64,000 nt of DNA from Sphingobacteriales bacterium JAD_PAG50586_3 (GCA_023213195.1 CP096135.1:946616-1010615), one strand, 5' to 3'. Positions 40,751 to 50,868 are shown, counted from the first letter of the stretch. Notes: generated by a model not told the origin, from the sequence alone. Numbers and translations are program-made.

Positions 40751-41155
40751 TTACAGCTGATAGCGTATAGGTTTGAGGGCCTGAATTAATATAGTAAGGC
40801 CTTCATTTTTTCTTTTTCCAGTCAAGGCAGTTAGTTTAAGCTTTATCTCTTGTTTTTCGCTGGAAGTCATTACTTTTTTTACAGGCCAATGCCATTCATC
40901 ATGCGCCTCAAAAGCTATTAAAATAGTGTATTCTGGCACGCCAGAATATTCTGAAAATATTCTGCACATGTTTCCGTTTTCTACATAATATACATAGCCC
41001 CAACGGCCATAGTATTTCACAGAAAACCCATTTGTATTGATAATTTTGTCCTCGTATATGGCAATATCTTTATTAAGCTCTTGCAAATGGCTATTGTTTG
41101 AAGAGAAGATAGTGCTATCCCAAAGGTGTTTTATATATGCAATTAGTTTCTTCAT
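40751..41155 (-). CDS. hypothetical cytoplasmic protein (AT-rich)
   Basis: 134 aa. No motif recognised. Confidence 0.4.
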   Translation of the reverse strand: MKKLIAYIKHLWDSTIFSSNNSHLQELNKDIAIYEDKIINTNGFSVKYYGRWGYVYYVENGNMCRIFSEYSGVPEYTILIAFEAHDEWHWPVKKVMTSSEKQEIKLKLTALTGKRKNEGLTILIQALKPIRYQL

Positions 41156-41265
41156 GCTTATAATAACTACTCTTTGCTATTTCATAAGGTAGAATGTTTT
41201 ACTACAGGTATAAGGCAAAGTTACGTTTTGAATAGTCAGGCCAATTTAAAATAAGCCCCGTGCCT

Positions 41266-41931
41266 TTAAAACACCTTCTTTTTCAGCCTAAATAAATCTG
41301 GCAGATAAACACCATATATAGCAACAGCTGTGTCGCCTTTTATTTTGTAATATGGCTGTGGATAATATGCCCTACGTTGACGGCTTGTTAATTTACTCAG
41401 GTCGATAGAAACCGGTTCAGCAAAATCTATTTTTTGTAGCGGAACTTTTAATTTTTTATCATAGTTATGTGCATACCAATATGCAGCATAAGTAGATGCC
41501 CAGTTACCATTTTTGGTTTTATAAACATCAAAGTATTGGTATTTTTCATGAATGTATACGTTATTACCCAAATGCTTTACAAACAATAAAACGTTTTTAT
41601 ACTCACAGAATGGAGGTATACCATAATGGTCATAAACATCAAATTCAATAGTATCGCCTTTAAACGAACCGTACACAGTTTTAATAATCTTATATCTGGC
41701 TTTAAACTTAGAATCAAAGCTCATTCTGTTACTGGTATCTTTAACTACTAATATTTTCTCGCCAACAAATACCAATAAATTATTCTTTAACTCATTTTCA
41801 TTTGAACTGTCTTTAACAGCATAAAACGCAGGGTCTACAGCTGTTTGGTTAGCTGTATGGCAATTGGATAATGCTAACAAGCATAAGAGGCAATACAAGC
41901 TTAATTTAATAGCCGGAATTTTTATAAGCAT
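41266..41931 (-). CDS. hypothetical lipoprotein (lipobox LSNC)
   Basis: 221 aa. Signal peptide ending in a Cys lipobox. Confidence 0.45.
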   Translation of the reverse strand: MLIKIPAIKLSLYCLLCLLALSNCHTANQTAVDPAFYAVKDSSNENELKNNLLVFVGEKILVVKDTSNRMSFDSKFKARYKIIKTVYGSFKGDTIEFDVYDHYGIPPFCEYKNVLLFVKHLGNNVYIHEKYQYFDVYKTKNGNWASTYAAYWYAHNYDKKLKVPLQKIDFAEPVSIDLSKLTSRQRRAYYPQPYYKIKGDTAVAIYGVYLPDLFRLKKKVF

Positions 41932-41957
41932 AGAGCGAATTTACTAAAATGTATAAA

Positions 41958-41996
41958 ATAAAAAGCCCCGCCTGTATAACAAGCGGGGCTTTGTTT
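41958..41996. terminator. bidirectional intrinsic terminator
   Basis: aaaaagccccgc-ctgtataacaa-gcggggctttgttt. Confidence 0.55.
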
Positions 41997-42013
41997 AAGT
42001 AGTAATTAGGGTA

Positions 42014-43300
42014 TTATTTGCTAACGTTTTCGCAAAGAATTTCTTTCTCGCGGGCGTCTAAAGAATATTTGTAGCCACTGTTCCAGGTGCCGCCACCGGC
42101 ATAATCCTGCTGAACAAATACATCAACCATATAGCATTTACCATCGCTCTTTTTAAATGCAACAGTCATCCACTGGTAGCGGTATACAGGCAGGTCATAA
42201 TCGTTCTTTTTAATTTGCCATGCGCTGGTCATAACCCCTACACGTTGAATGGTAACGCCCGAAGTATAATAGCCTGTAACCTCGCGTTTAGCAGCTGCTT
42301 CCCATGTTGGGTTTGATGATGCCACTTTAGGGAAACGCACTTTGGCTAGTTGCTCAGCATCCCACTTGGCTTTAAACTTAACAAACTCACCGCTGCTTTT
42401 AAAGTCTTCGTATTGCTTTTGTATGCCTTCAAACGTGGTTCTAAGTGTTTTAAGTTGCGCTTCGGCAGGCACACCCGGTTTTAATGGGATAAGGGCTTTG
42501 TCTATTTTAGCAATATTTTCTTTCATACCGCGAATAGCAGCATCCGGGTCAAGTTTGTTACGCTCCTCATTAAAATCGTACATGTAGGTTTTCTTCATCT
42601 CGGGGATAAAGTTCTCGTCCATGTATTTAGGGTACATCTCGTTATAGTACCTGTCAGCATCCGGAATCATTTTAGGGTAGTCTGCCGTTGGCGATGCTGC
42701 GTATGCATCGCGGCCCGCTATATAATCGGCATAGCTGTATTTGCTGTAAGCCCCATCGCGGAAGTTGCTGGTAGCGCGGCCTGCGGCATCCATAACAATC
42801 CAGTTCATTTGGTTTTCTTTGTCAAGCATGGCGCTGTTGCCATCGTATTGCGCTTTCAGGTCGTTCAGCTCTTTTTGGTAGTCGTCAACCTTCCAGTTAG
42901 GGTCTTTGGTTTTTATTTTGTCAATATACCCTTGTGCTTTATCAAAATCGCCATCCAGATAGCCTTTGTAGCGTTTTTCAGTAGACTTAGGTTTTAACTC
43001 TTTTAACAGGGATTCTACGTTTCCTATTTCGTAGCTGGCCGGGCTGGCTTGTATTTGCTGGTAACGGCTGTTGCCACCGGTTGTGGTAGACCCCGAACCT
43101 GACGATGAGCCGGAAGTTGAAGAGCCTGAAGAAGAGCCGCTGCCCGATGATGAACCACCCGATGAAGGTGTGGTAGAGGTTGCTTTATCTACAGTTTTGT
43201 TGGCCTTGTCTTTGGCTTTGTTTAGCAAGCCGCCACCAATTTGGCCATAGCTTGTAGTAAGTGCAAGTGCGGCAATAGTAGTAATGGTAAGGTTTTTCAT
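42014..43300 (-). CDS. hypothetical secreted protein with a Ser/Gly-rich linker
   Basis: 428 aa. Signal peptide, (SSGSG)n low-complexity linker, then a ~330-aa domain with no recognised motifs. Confidence 0.45.
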   Translation of the reverse strand: MKNLTITTIAALALTTSYGQIGGGLLNKAKDKANKTVDKATSTTPSSGGSSSGSGSSSGSSTSGSSSGSGSTTTGGNSRYQQIQASPASYEIGNVESLLKELKPKSTEKRYKGYLDGDFDKAQGYIDKIKTKDPNWKVDDYQKELNDLKAQYDGNSAMLDKENQMNWIVMDAAGRATSNFRDGAYSKYSYADYIAGRDAYAASPTADYPKMIPDADRYYNEMYPKYMDENFIPEMKKTYMYDFNEERNKLDPDAAIRGMKENIAKIDKALIPLKPGVPAEAQLKTLRTTFEGIQKQYEDFKSSGEFVKFKAKWDAEQLAKVRFPKVASSNPTWEAAAKREVTGYYTSGVTIQRVGVMTSAWQIKKNDYDLPVYRYQWMTVAFKKSDGKCYMVDVFVQQDYAGGGTWNSGYKYSLDAREKEILCENVSK

Positions 43301-43414
43301 ATTTATAGTTTACAGTTGAAGTTTCAAAAATAGTATAGTTAGTGGATATTGAGGTGTTTAATGAATATCTGCCCACAAAATAAATAATAAATGCTCAACG
43401 GCAGGCAATAAATG

Positions 43415-43987
43415 CTACTCTATCTCAATGCCATATTTATCAAGCAAACCCGCAATGCCGGCCGCCGAAAATTTAGCCCCTTTTATGTGGTTTTCTTCGG
43501 GGTCTATAGTGTAGTTAAAGGCGGTACGCAAATCAGCCTTTTCCAGTATGGTGTTTTCAAAAACAGCACCGCTTAAATCGCAGTTGTCAAATACTGCACC
43601 GGTAATGTCGGCTTGGGTAAAGTCTACCTCTTGCAGGTTGCAGTTTTTAAAGCGTGTGCCCTTTATTTTAAGGTTGTAGAATGATGCAATATTTAACAGG
43701 CAATTATCAAAGCTAAAAGCTAGTAAAAAAGGGGCACAATTGCCAAAGCTAAGGCCCATCAGTTTACAACCTTTAAAAGCCACTGTTTTAAGCGCGGTTT
43801 TATCCAATTTGGCCATGCTTATGTCGCAGTTTTCAAAGGTGCAATCTATAAACGCATAGACCGCTAAATCAAGGTTTGCAAGGTTGCAGCTGATAAAAGT
43901 GCAGTTCTCGTACTCACCGCTTTCTAAGGGCTCTTTTACAAAGTCAACGCTTTTAAATTCTTCGTCTTCGGCTATTATCCTGCCCAT
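43415..43987 (-). CDS. pentapeptide-repeat protein
   Basis: Tandem A(D/N)LxxA pentapeptides (…CNLANLDLAVYAFIDCTFENCDIS…). Confidence 0.7.
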   Translation of the reverse strand: MGRIIAEDEEFKSVDFVKEPLESGEYENCTFISCNLANLDLAVYAFIDCTFENCDISMAKLDKTALKTVAFKGCKLMGLSFGNCAPFLLAFSFDNCLLNIASFYNLKIKGTRFKNCNLQEVDFTQADITGAVFDNCDLSGAVFENTILEKADLRTAFNYTIDPEENHIKGAKFSAAGIAGLLDKYGIEIE

Positions 43988-44508
43988 TAGTTCAACTCTT
44001 TTATCATTACAATATTGGTGTAGGTGTTTTCTTCCATAGGGAACAGCACCGTGCCAATGGCTTTATATTGCTGGCGTTGGTAAAACGCAATGCCGGGCGG
44101 GTTTTCATCCCACACCTCTAGCCACAGGTGGGTGTGGCCTTTTGATAATACCGTTTTCTCAACCTCTGCCATTAAATTATACCCAATGCCTTTGCCAAAA
44201 AAAGCATCAAGCACATACAGCTTGCTAAGTTCGGGCTGGGTAATGTTGCCAATAGGGCAGGGGCGGTTAAAATCTATTTGGGCAGCACCCACAAGGTTTT
44301 GGTTGCAGGTGGCAACAATAATGCAGTGCGGCTCGTTTATAATAATGTTTTGCAAGTACTGTGGCGCAAACCGTTGGCTTACAAAGTTTGCATACTCGGT
44401 AGAAACCCCATCAAACCCATACGTGGTAATGTAAACGGTTTGAAACAGGATAGACAACCTGAGTGCATCTGTTGGTACGGCATACCTGTACTTGATTTCT
44501 TTTTCCAT
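43987..44508 (-). CDS. GNAT-family N-acetyltransferase
   Basis: …LYVLDAFFGKGIGYNLM… acetyl-CoA-binding motif. Stop and start overlap with the pentapeptide gene. Confidence 0.7.
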   Translation of the reverse strand: MEKEIKYRYAVPTDALRLSILFQTVYITTYGFDGVSTEYANFVSQRFAPQYLQNIIINEPHCIIVATCNQNLVGAAQIDFNRPCPIGNITQPELSKLYVLDAFFGKGIGYNLMAEVEKTVLSKGHTHLWLEVWDENPPGIAFYQRQQYKAIGTVLFPMEENTYTNIVMIKELN

Positions 44509-44558
44509 TTACCCTGTAAAGGTAATTATAGTAGTTTTGAAACAAATAGTTTTTTACC

Positions 44559-45131
44559 ATGAAAACACTTATTACAGCCCTTTTTGGCATTGCGTTACTA
44601 TCGTTTACAACGGGTATTGATAAGCCTATGCTTGATAAAGAAGAAGCCAAAAAAGCCTATTTCTTTTTGAATACTGTACGTGCTAATGTTACCGCCTATG
44701 CCAAAGAACTGCAACTGCCTAATGATATTAAAATTACCACCAGAGCGTTAATGTGGAACGACACCCTTGCCAAAGTGGCGGAGGCCAAGGCGCTGGACAT
44801 GGCTACCCGCAACTACTTTGCCCATGTAGACCCCGATGGTGTGGGCATGAACTACTACATTGACAAGGCCGGTTACAAGCTTGATAAGTACCAGGTAAAA
44901 ACCAAAAGGCAAAACTCTTTTGAGTCTATCTCGGCCGGCTATAACACCGGCGAAGAGGTTATCAAAAGCCTTATTATTGATACCTGGGACCCTGTAAACC
45001 TGGGCCACCGCAAACACCTGCTGGGTATGGAGGGCTGGGCCGGCACAACCGATATTGGTATTGGCTTTGCCCGTGGCACGGTAAACAACAAGTTTACTAC
45101 CTACGTAAGTATATTAATAGCGAAGCATTAA
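44559..45131 (+). CDS. CAP/SCP (YkwD-like) domain secreted protein
   Basis: …NYFAHVDPDG… and …GHRKHLLGMEGWAGTTDIGIGFA… resemble the bacterial CAP/YkwD signatures. Confidence 0.5.
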   Translation: MKTLITALFGIALLSFTTGIDKPMLDKEEAKKAYFFLNTVRANVTAYAKELQLPNDIKITTRALMWNDTLAKVAEAKALDMATRNYFAHVDPDGVGMNYYIDKAGYKLDKYQVKTKRQNSFESISAGYNTGEEVIKSLIIDTWDPVNLGHRKHLLGMEGWAGTTDIGIGFARGTVNNKFTTYVSILIAKH

Positions 45132-45143
45132 AGTACAACAGCT

Positions 45144-45938
45144 TTATTTTGTAATGTCTATACCTTTTGACAAACAAAAGCGGCTAATATCATCGTATAT
45201 TTTCTTTGTAATTATAGTAGCTTTACTACAGTCCTTTTTATTAGGATCTCCGTTGGTGTGTATAGCAAAAGCATAGTTTACGGCACTATCAGTATACCAA
45301 ACAGGGGCACCACTAACGCCGTGTTCAGTATAAAATTCATAACGCATATAGTTTTCGGTGTCGTTTTTAATATAATTAGTAGTATTATCTTCCCAAAGTG
45401 TACAATACAATTTATTATCTTCACTAGGGTATCCGGCTAAAAATACCGGAGGCTTTCCGGTCAAATTATTTGCATCATAAGGAGTAAGTGTAAAACGTGT
45501 ATTTACTTTCTTATAGGCCTCTTCATCCGGTAATATTATAACACCATAATCCTCTTCAATACTGTAGTGTTTGTTGAATGATTGTAATGTGTAAATATTG
45601 TCGTTTTGCGTGGTTGCAAATGTTGTTTGGTATAGGTTGGTATTGCGGTCGGTAGCGCCAAAACGTAAAGTCAGTTGTTTAACCCGAGTGTAAATAAATT
45701 GCGGCCTTTTTCTCACATTATGCCCGGCTGTAATTAAAACCCTGGGGTGTATAAAAAATGCAGTGCCGATGTATGATTTGCCTCTCTTCATAGTTACATG
45801 TACTATACCGCTATTGGGGGCAGAAATTGCAGTTACTTGTTTTCTGCGTTTTTTAGCAGCTGGAATATCACAATTTTGTGCTTGCGAAATGGTAAATAAA
45901 AGCACAGAAAAAAACAGGAATAAAGATTTAATATTCAT
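45144..45938 (-). CDS. trypsin-like (S1-fold) serine peptidase, secreted
   Basis: Signal peptide. LITAGHNV (His), GVSGAPVW (Ser), analogous to TAAHC/GDSGGP. Confidence 0.5.
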   Translation of the reverse strand: MNIKSLFLFFSVLLFTISQAQNCDIPAAKKRRKQVTAISAPNSGIVHVTMKRGKSYIGTAFFIHPRVLITAGHNVRKRPQFIYTRVKQLTLRFGATDRNTNLYQTTFATTQNDNIYTLQSFNKHYSIEEDYGVIILPDEEAYKKVNTRFTLTPYDANNLTGKPPVFLAGYPSEDNKLYCTLWEDNTTNYIKNDTENYMRYEFYTEHGVSGAPVWYTDSAVNYAFAIHTNGDPNKKDCSKATIITKKIYDDISRFCLSKGIDITK

Positions 45939-46012
45939 AGCAGTTAGGTTTTTATTTAAGTAAAATTAGCTATTTTATTTTTAAAAAAATAGTGGGTTGA
46001 AAAAATTAAGCA

Positions 46013-46396
46013 CTAAAGCACCAACTCGGTAAACAGGCGCTCTGCCGTTTGGTTTAAGTTGTGGGTAATGCCCGGGTGTGGGCGCGATGTTTGTATGGCC
46101 GAACTGCGCACTGCTGTTAGCCACCTAAACCGCGATGGTACATCTAGTTCAGCAATAGGGCCGCAGTTGGCAGCACCCATGGCTATCTTCTCAAACGATT
46201 CTAAATTCAGCTTTACCTGGTGTATATCCAGCTCATCGCTAAACGATGCCAAGCGGGCTTCATTTAACTGGTATTTTACCGATATATATTTGGCGTTTTT
46301 GCAAAACAGCACTATGCCTACGTTTATAAACTCTTCCCTTTCTACCACGGGCAAAACGCGTATTACGGCATACTCATATAAGTATCTTTCTTGCAT
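46013..46396 (-). CDS. DUF3037 domain protein
   Basis: YLYEYAVIRVLPVVEREEFINVGIVLFCK matches the DUF3037 N-terminal core. Confidence 0.65.
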   Translation of the reverse strand: MQERYLYEYAVIRVLPVVEREEFINVGIVLFCKNAKYISVKYQLNEARLASFSDELDIHQVKLNLESFEKIAMGAANCGPIAELDVPSRFRWLTAVRSSAIQTSRPHPGITHNLNQTAERLFTELVL

Positions 46397-47168
46397 TTTG
46401 GGCTTCGTTAGTAAAAATTTCAGAGTTATTTATGCGGGTAATTAAAAATTGGTAATATACCTCCCTTGCTTGTTCGGCAGTTTCGTCAATGTCTTCGCGT
46501 TCCAACCATTCAGCGGGAATAAGATTAACCAACGCACGTATTTTATCTGCTGTTAATACCTGTTTAAATTCGGCATTTATTTCATCAAGCATACTGGCCT
46601 GTGGCAATAGTACGTGGTCTTTAATTAAGGCAAAAGGGCTTTTAGCATGCGTTTCCCAGGTTGTCCAGCTGTGGTGAAAGTATAGTGATGCGCCTTGGTC
46701 TATAAGCCACAGCTCCTTATGCCACATAAGCATATTGGTGTTTTTAAAAGTGCGGTCTATATTGGTAATAAAGGCATCTAACCATACAATAGCCGATGCT
46801 GTTTTAGCATCAACCGTAGTAACTACAGGGTCAAACGTTATAGCGCCCGATAGAAAGTGCATGGCGATATTAAGCCCCTGACTGCTTTTCAGCAGGTCTT
46901 GTATCTCCTCGTCGCCTTCGGTTTGGCCAAACGCTTCGTCCAGGTTAGCAAATACCAGTTCGGGTACTTTTAACCCCAGCAGGCGGGCAATTTCGCCACC
47001 CAGTAGTTCCGATATAAGCGCCTTTGGGCCATGGCCATTCCCTTTGAATTTAAGCACATACTTAAACCCATCGTCAGCCTCGGCCAGGGCCGGCAACGAA
47101 CCACCCTCGCGCAACGGCTGAATATAGCGCGTAACGTTAACAGTACGTAAATCAGAAACTGTAGTCAT
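46374..47168 (-). CDS. HipA-like kinase-domain protein (Ser/Thr kinase fold), overlapping its DUF3037 partner
   Basis: …ALISELLGGEIARLLGLKVPE…AIVWLDAFITNIDRTFKNTNMLMW… resembles the HipA_C catalytic region (DxHxKN-like). Confidence 0.5.
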   Translation of the reverse strand: MTTVSDLRTVNVTRYIQPLREGGSLPALAEADDGFKYVLKFKGNGHGPKALISELLGGEIARLLGLKVPELVFANLDEAFGQTEGDEEIQDLLKSSQGLNIAMHFLSGAITFDPVVTTVDAKTASAIVWLDAFITNIDRTFKNTNMLMWHKELWLIDQGASLYFHHSWTTWETHAKSPFALIKDHVLLPQASMLDEINAEFKQVLTADKIRALVNLIPAEWLEREDIDETAEQAREVYYQFLITRINNSEIFTNEAQNARKILI

Positions 47169-47169
47169 A

Positions 47170-47975
47170 ATCTGTTGCCAAATGTAGTTATTTTAACTTT
47201 TAAAGGTCTCCCTTTCCAAAGGGAGTGGCTGGCGCCTTGGCGCCAGACGAGGGATTTAATGTCGTTGTCAAAATCCCCGGCTCTTCGAGCCACCCCTTTA
47301 AAAGGGCGACCTAAACCCTTGCGGCTGTAAGATAAAGCACACGTTTTGAGCTCTCCTTCCGTACCCCCTCCTAACCTCGCGTTGCTCGGTTTCTCCTCCC
47401 CCTACTAATAGGGGAGGTGTCCGCCAGGACTGTGGGGGTAAGAAAACCCGCATGGCTGTCCCAAAGGGATGCCTTCGGCACAAGATAAAGCGTACGTTTT
47501 GAGCCCCAACTATATACCCTCTTGAGAGGGGTGGCAAAGCAACGCTTTGACGGGGTGTGTATTGTAACGTTCCAATCCCTACAGGCGGTAGTAAAATATA
47601 TCATTTCTGCTCATCGTTTTTTTTAACTCCCCTACTTTTTAAGGAGGGGTAATTCTGACTGGTAAGTCAGAATGGGGTGGTTACCTTAAACCCCTACAGG
47701 CGGTAGTAGAAAAATGTGTTTCTGCGCACCATTTATAGGTGCAAATACATGGGTTGACTTAAAGTAAAACTTTAACTCAAAAAATTTTAAAGATCTCCCT
47801 TTCAAAAGGGAGTGGATTCCGATGATAATCGGAAGACGAGGGATTTCGGCAGGCATTAGTTATAGTTTTTACAAAGATACAACCCCGAATACCCCTTTGT
47901 CAAATTAAAATATACACACTACATTAGAACACAGAAACACCTGCCTTTTATAGTATGTAACATGATACTGCAAAC
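47170..47975. repeat. non-coding repeat island 2: mosaic of modules R1 to R6
   Basis: No ORF over 80 aa. Shares R1, R2 and R3 with island 1 and R5 with 35326-35395. Internal duplicated R4 and R6 modules. Confidence 0.6.
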
Positions 47976-49076
47976 ATGAACAGAAAGACAATAATGATTA
48001 AAGTACTATTCTTTTTAAGCGTACTGGCTATTTTAACATCGTGTAACGGGCAAAATAAAAATATATCATCTAATACAGAAACCTTAAATGATTCAATTGC
48101 TGTAGGAAATACTGTAAATAAACTCGGTAACCATTTGTGGTATGTTTTTCAAGACAAAAAGAATAACTATTGGTTTGGAAGTAATGGTGAAGGTGTGTAT
48201 CGTTATGACGGAAAAACGATAGTCAATTTTACGACAAAAGATGGACTTGCAAACGACACTATAAGACAAATTCAAGAGGACAAATTTGGGAATATATTTG
48301 TTTCAACTTTCGGCGGTATCAGCAAGTTTGACGGAAAGACATTTGCTACTCTGCAACCAATCAAAAGCAAAGAATGGAAATTAGAACCTAATGATTTGTG
48401 GTTTTATATATTGGGTAAAAAGAATGAGGGTGCTTATCGCTACGATGGCGAAAACCTATACAATTTAGAATTTCCTCAACACTATCTTCACGATGAAATT
48501 TATCCACGAGTTGTCAATTCGTTTTTTAGTCCTTACGAAGTGTATTCTATTTATAAAGACAGAAAAGGGGCAATGTGGTTTGGCACTTCAGTTTTTGGAG
48601 CTTGCCGTTTTGACGGAGAAACAGTAAAATGGATGTACGAAGACGATTTGACCTATGTACCTAATGGGGGCACTTTTGGCATTCGTTCCATTTTTGAAGA
48701 TAAAGAAGGCAGCTATTGGTTTTGCAATACGCGGCACCGGTTTGTTTTTGACTTTGACAAAACAACAAAAAGCGACAGGCTTCAATATCAAAAAATTGAT
48801 GGAATTGGAAACGCAAAAATCTTTGGTGGAGATGAATACATTTACTATTCATACATTTTAGAAGATAATAAAGGGAATATTTGGTTAACCACCTGGGACA
48901 AAGGAGTGTATAAATATGATGGATCTGCTATTACAAATTATTCAGTTAAAGATGGTTTAAAAGACGTTAATTTAGTTTCAATGTACAAAGATAACCAAGG
49001 CAACCTATGGCTTGGAACACCAGAAAACGGAGCATTTAAGCTTAATGGTAATACATTTGAAAGATTTAAACCATAA
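47976..49076 (+). CDS. lipoprotein composed of two-component-regulator propeller (Reg_prop-type) repeats
   Basis: Lipobox LTSC. Repeated units of the form GNIWLTTWDKGVYKYDG, YWFGSNGEGVYRYDG, MWFGTSVFGACRFDG, LWLGTPENGAFKLNG. Confidence 0.55.
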   Translation: MNRKTIMIKVLFFLSVLAILTSCNGQNKNISSNTETLNDSIAVGNTVNKLGNHLWYVFQDKKNNYWFGSNGEGVYRYDGKTIVNFTTKDGLANDTIRQIQEDKFGNIFVSTFGGISKFDGKTFATLQPIKSKEWKLEPNDLWFYILGKKNEGAYRYDGENLYNLEFPQHYLHDEIYPRVVNSFFSPYEVYSIYKDRKGAMWFGTSVFGACRFDGETVKWMYEDDLTYVPNGGTFGIRSIFEDKEGSYWFCNTRHRFVFDFDKTTKSDRLQYQKIDGIGNAKIFGGDEYIYYSYILEDNKGNIWLTTWDKGVYKYDGSAITNYSVKDGLKDVNLVSMYKDNQGNLWLGTPENGAFKLNGNTFERFKP

Positions 49077-49230
49077 CAAAAAAGTAAAGGCAACCACTAA
49101 GTTAAAAGGGAGTTTTAACCCTTTGCCGTGGTTGGTGTTTAGCACAGCGTCACCAACCACTAAATTATACTAAGTTTTCTTTCAAATCCATTTCCTTTTC
49201 GTTAGCTTTCGGTTTCTTAAATCGCTCACA

Positions 49231-50868
49231 ATGAATATACGTTTACTTCTGTTTCTTGCTTTACTTGGTGTTAGTGCCCGTTCTTTTAGTCAGTGTGCTG
49301 AAAATCCGCAGCCTAAGGTGCTGTTGGTGGGCGACTCGTGGGCGTTTTTTATGAGTGTTGACCAAACCATTAACACCGTGTTTAGCAAATGGGGCCACAG
49401 CGATTGCACCTTTTATACTAACATTACCCTTGCTGAAAACGGTGCCGAAACGGACGACTTTTTAACGCCTGCCAAGCAAAACGAGATTTTGGCTAAGCTG
49501 GATGAATACCCATCAATAGAATTCATCCACCTGAGTATTGGCGGAAACGATGCCCTGGGCGATTGGAACATTAACTACACCCAAGGCCAAACCGACACGC
49601 TGATTGAAGATATATCGCAACGGTTGTTAGATGTTATTACCTTTATTAAAACCGCCCGCCCCAACATTAAAGTGTTTTGGAGTGGCTATGTATACCCCAA
49701 TTTTGGTGAGGTTATAGAAACATCATTCTTAGGCGAAAACCACCCGTTTTTTGGTACGTGGGATGGTATGGGCCAGCCTACCTTTCAGCAGATTAATGAC
49801 ATTTTAAATGTATTCTCTCACCGTGCTGAGGTGTATGCCGATACAACAGACAATGTAGATTATGTTAGCTGCCCGGGTTTGTTGCAGTATACTTTTGGTC
49901 AGCCCGACCCGTTAGGGGTTGCCCCCGGTGGCAGCTATGCTGCTTTCACACAGCCTTTGCCCTTTGGCGACCCATCGTACCCATCGCCTAAAGAGTCTAT
50001 GCGCGATTATGGGCTTACCAAAGATTGTTTTCACCTTTCGCCGCGCGGCTACCGCGATTTTATTGGCTACCACACCCGCAAGTTTTATCACAAAGCCCTT
50101 ATGCACGATTTTTATGCCGTTGCCGATTCTATTGAGTTGAATGGCTCGCTAAGCGCCAATGGTAGCGTGTCTGACCTATTAAAGCTGGGCGAGTTGGATA
50201 GTGGCAATTATGCATCGCTGCTTACCTTTAACCTTGCCACTATGGCCGATACGGGCATTACCAAGGCATCGCTGTTCATTCGTCGTGAAGAGTTGGCGGG
50301 CGCAACACCGGTAAACGGTGCTATGCAGGTAAAAATAAAAGCAGGCTATTTTGGTGGTAGTATATTATTAGAAACAGCCGATTTGCTTGCCCAACCATCT
50401 ACCCAGGGCGCGCCCTGCATTTTTGGGGCTAACCAGGAAAATGGCGATTGGGTAAGGCTTGAGCTGCCTGAGTATTTCTACCCTTACCTGCAAACAGGCA
50501 ATACTGTACAGTTTATTCTGGAAGCACCAACAGCTACAGGGTCTATACTGTTTAGCAATGCTACAGAGCCTGATTTTGCCCCTGTTTTAGACATTACCTA
50601 CGGTCCTAAAACGGTTTCGGTGGTTGAGGTTAAAAATGATGTATTGGTTGATATATACCCAAACCCCACCACAGGCTTGCTAAACATAAATACTACATTG
50701 GATTTGACCAACACTACCATACAAATACACGATATTACCGGCAGGCTAATGCTAAGCACAGTATTAACGGGCACAACGGTTGATGTTGCTGCCTTACCTG
50801 CGGGCATATACTCGCTACAGCTAATAACCCCTAAGGGCACGTTTAATAAGAAGATTGTAAGGAATTAG
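49231..50868 (+). CDS. SGNH/GDSL-family hydrolase with a T9SS C-terminal sorting domain
   Basis: GDSWAFF block I. C-terminal …IYPNPTTGLLNI…IHDITGRLM…GIYSLQL… is a Por_Secre_tail. Confidence 0.65.
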   Translation: MNIRLLLFLALLGVSARSFSQCAENPQPKVLLVGDSWAFFMSVDQTINTVFSKWGHSDCTFYTNITLAENGAETDDFLTPAKQNEILAKLDEYPSIEFIHLSIGGNDALGDWNINYTQGQTDTLIEDISQRLLDVITFIKTARPNIKVFWSGYVYPNFGEVIETSFLGENHPFFGTWDGMGQPTFQQINDILNVFSHRAEVYADTTDNVDYVSCPGLLQYTFGQPDPLGVAPGGSYAAFTQPLPFGDPSYPSPKESMRDYGLTKDCFHLSPRGYRDFIGYHTRKFYHKALMHDFYAVADSIELNGSLSANGSVSDLLKLGELDSGNYASLLTFNLATMADTGITKASLFIRREELAGATPVNGAMQVKIKAGYFGGSILLETADLLAQPSTQGAPCIFGANQENGDWVRLELPEYFYPYLQTGNTVQFILEAPTATGSILFSNATEPDFAPVLDITYGPKTVSVVEVKNDVLVDIYPNPTTGLLNINTTLDLTNTTIQIHDITGRLMLSTVLTGTTVDVAALPAGIYSLQLITPKGTFNKKIVRN

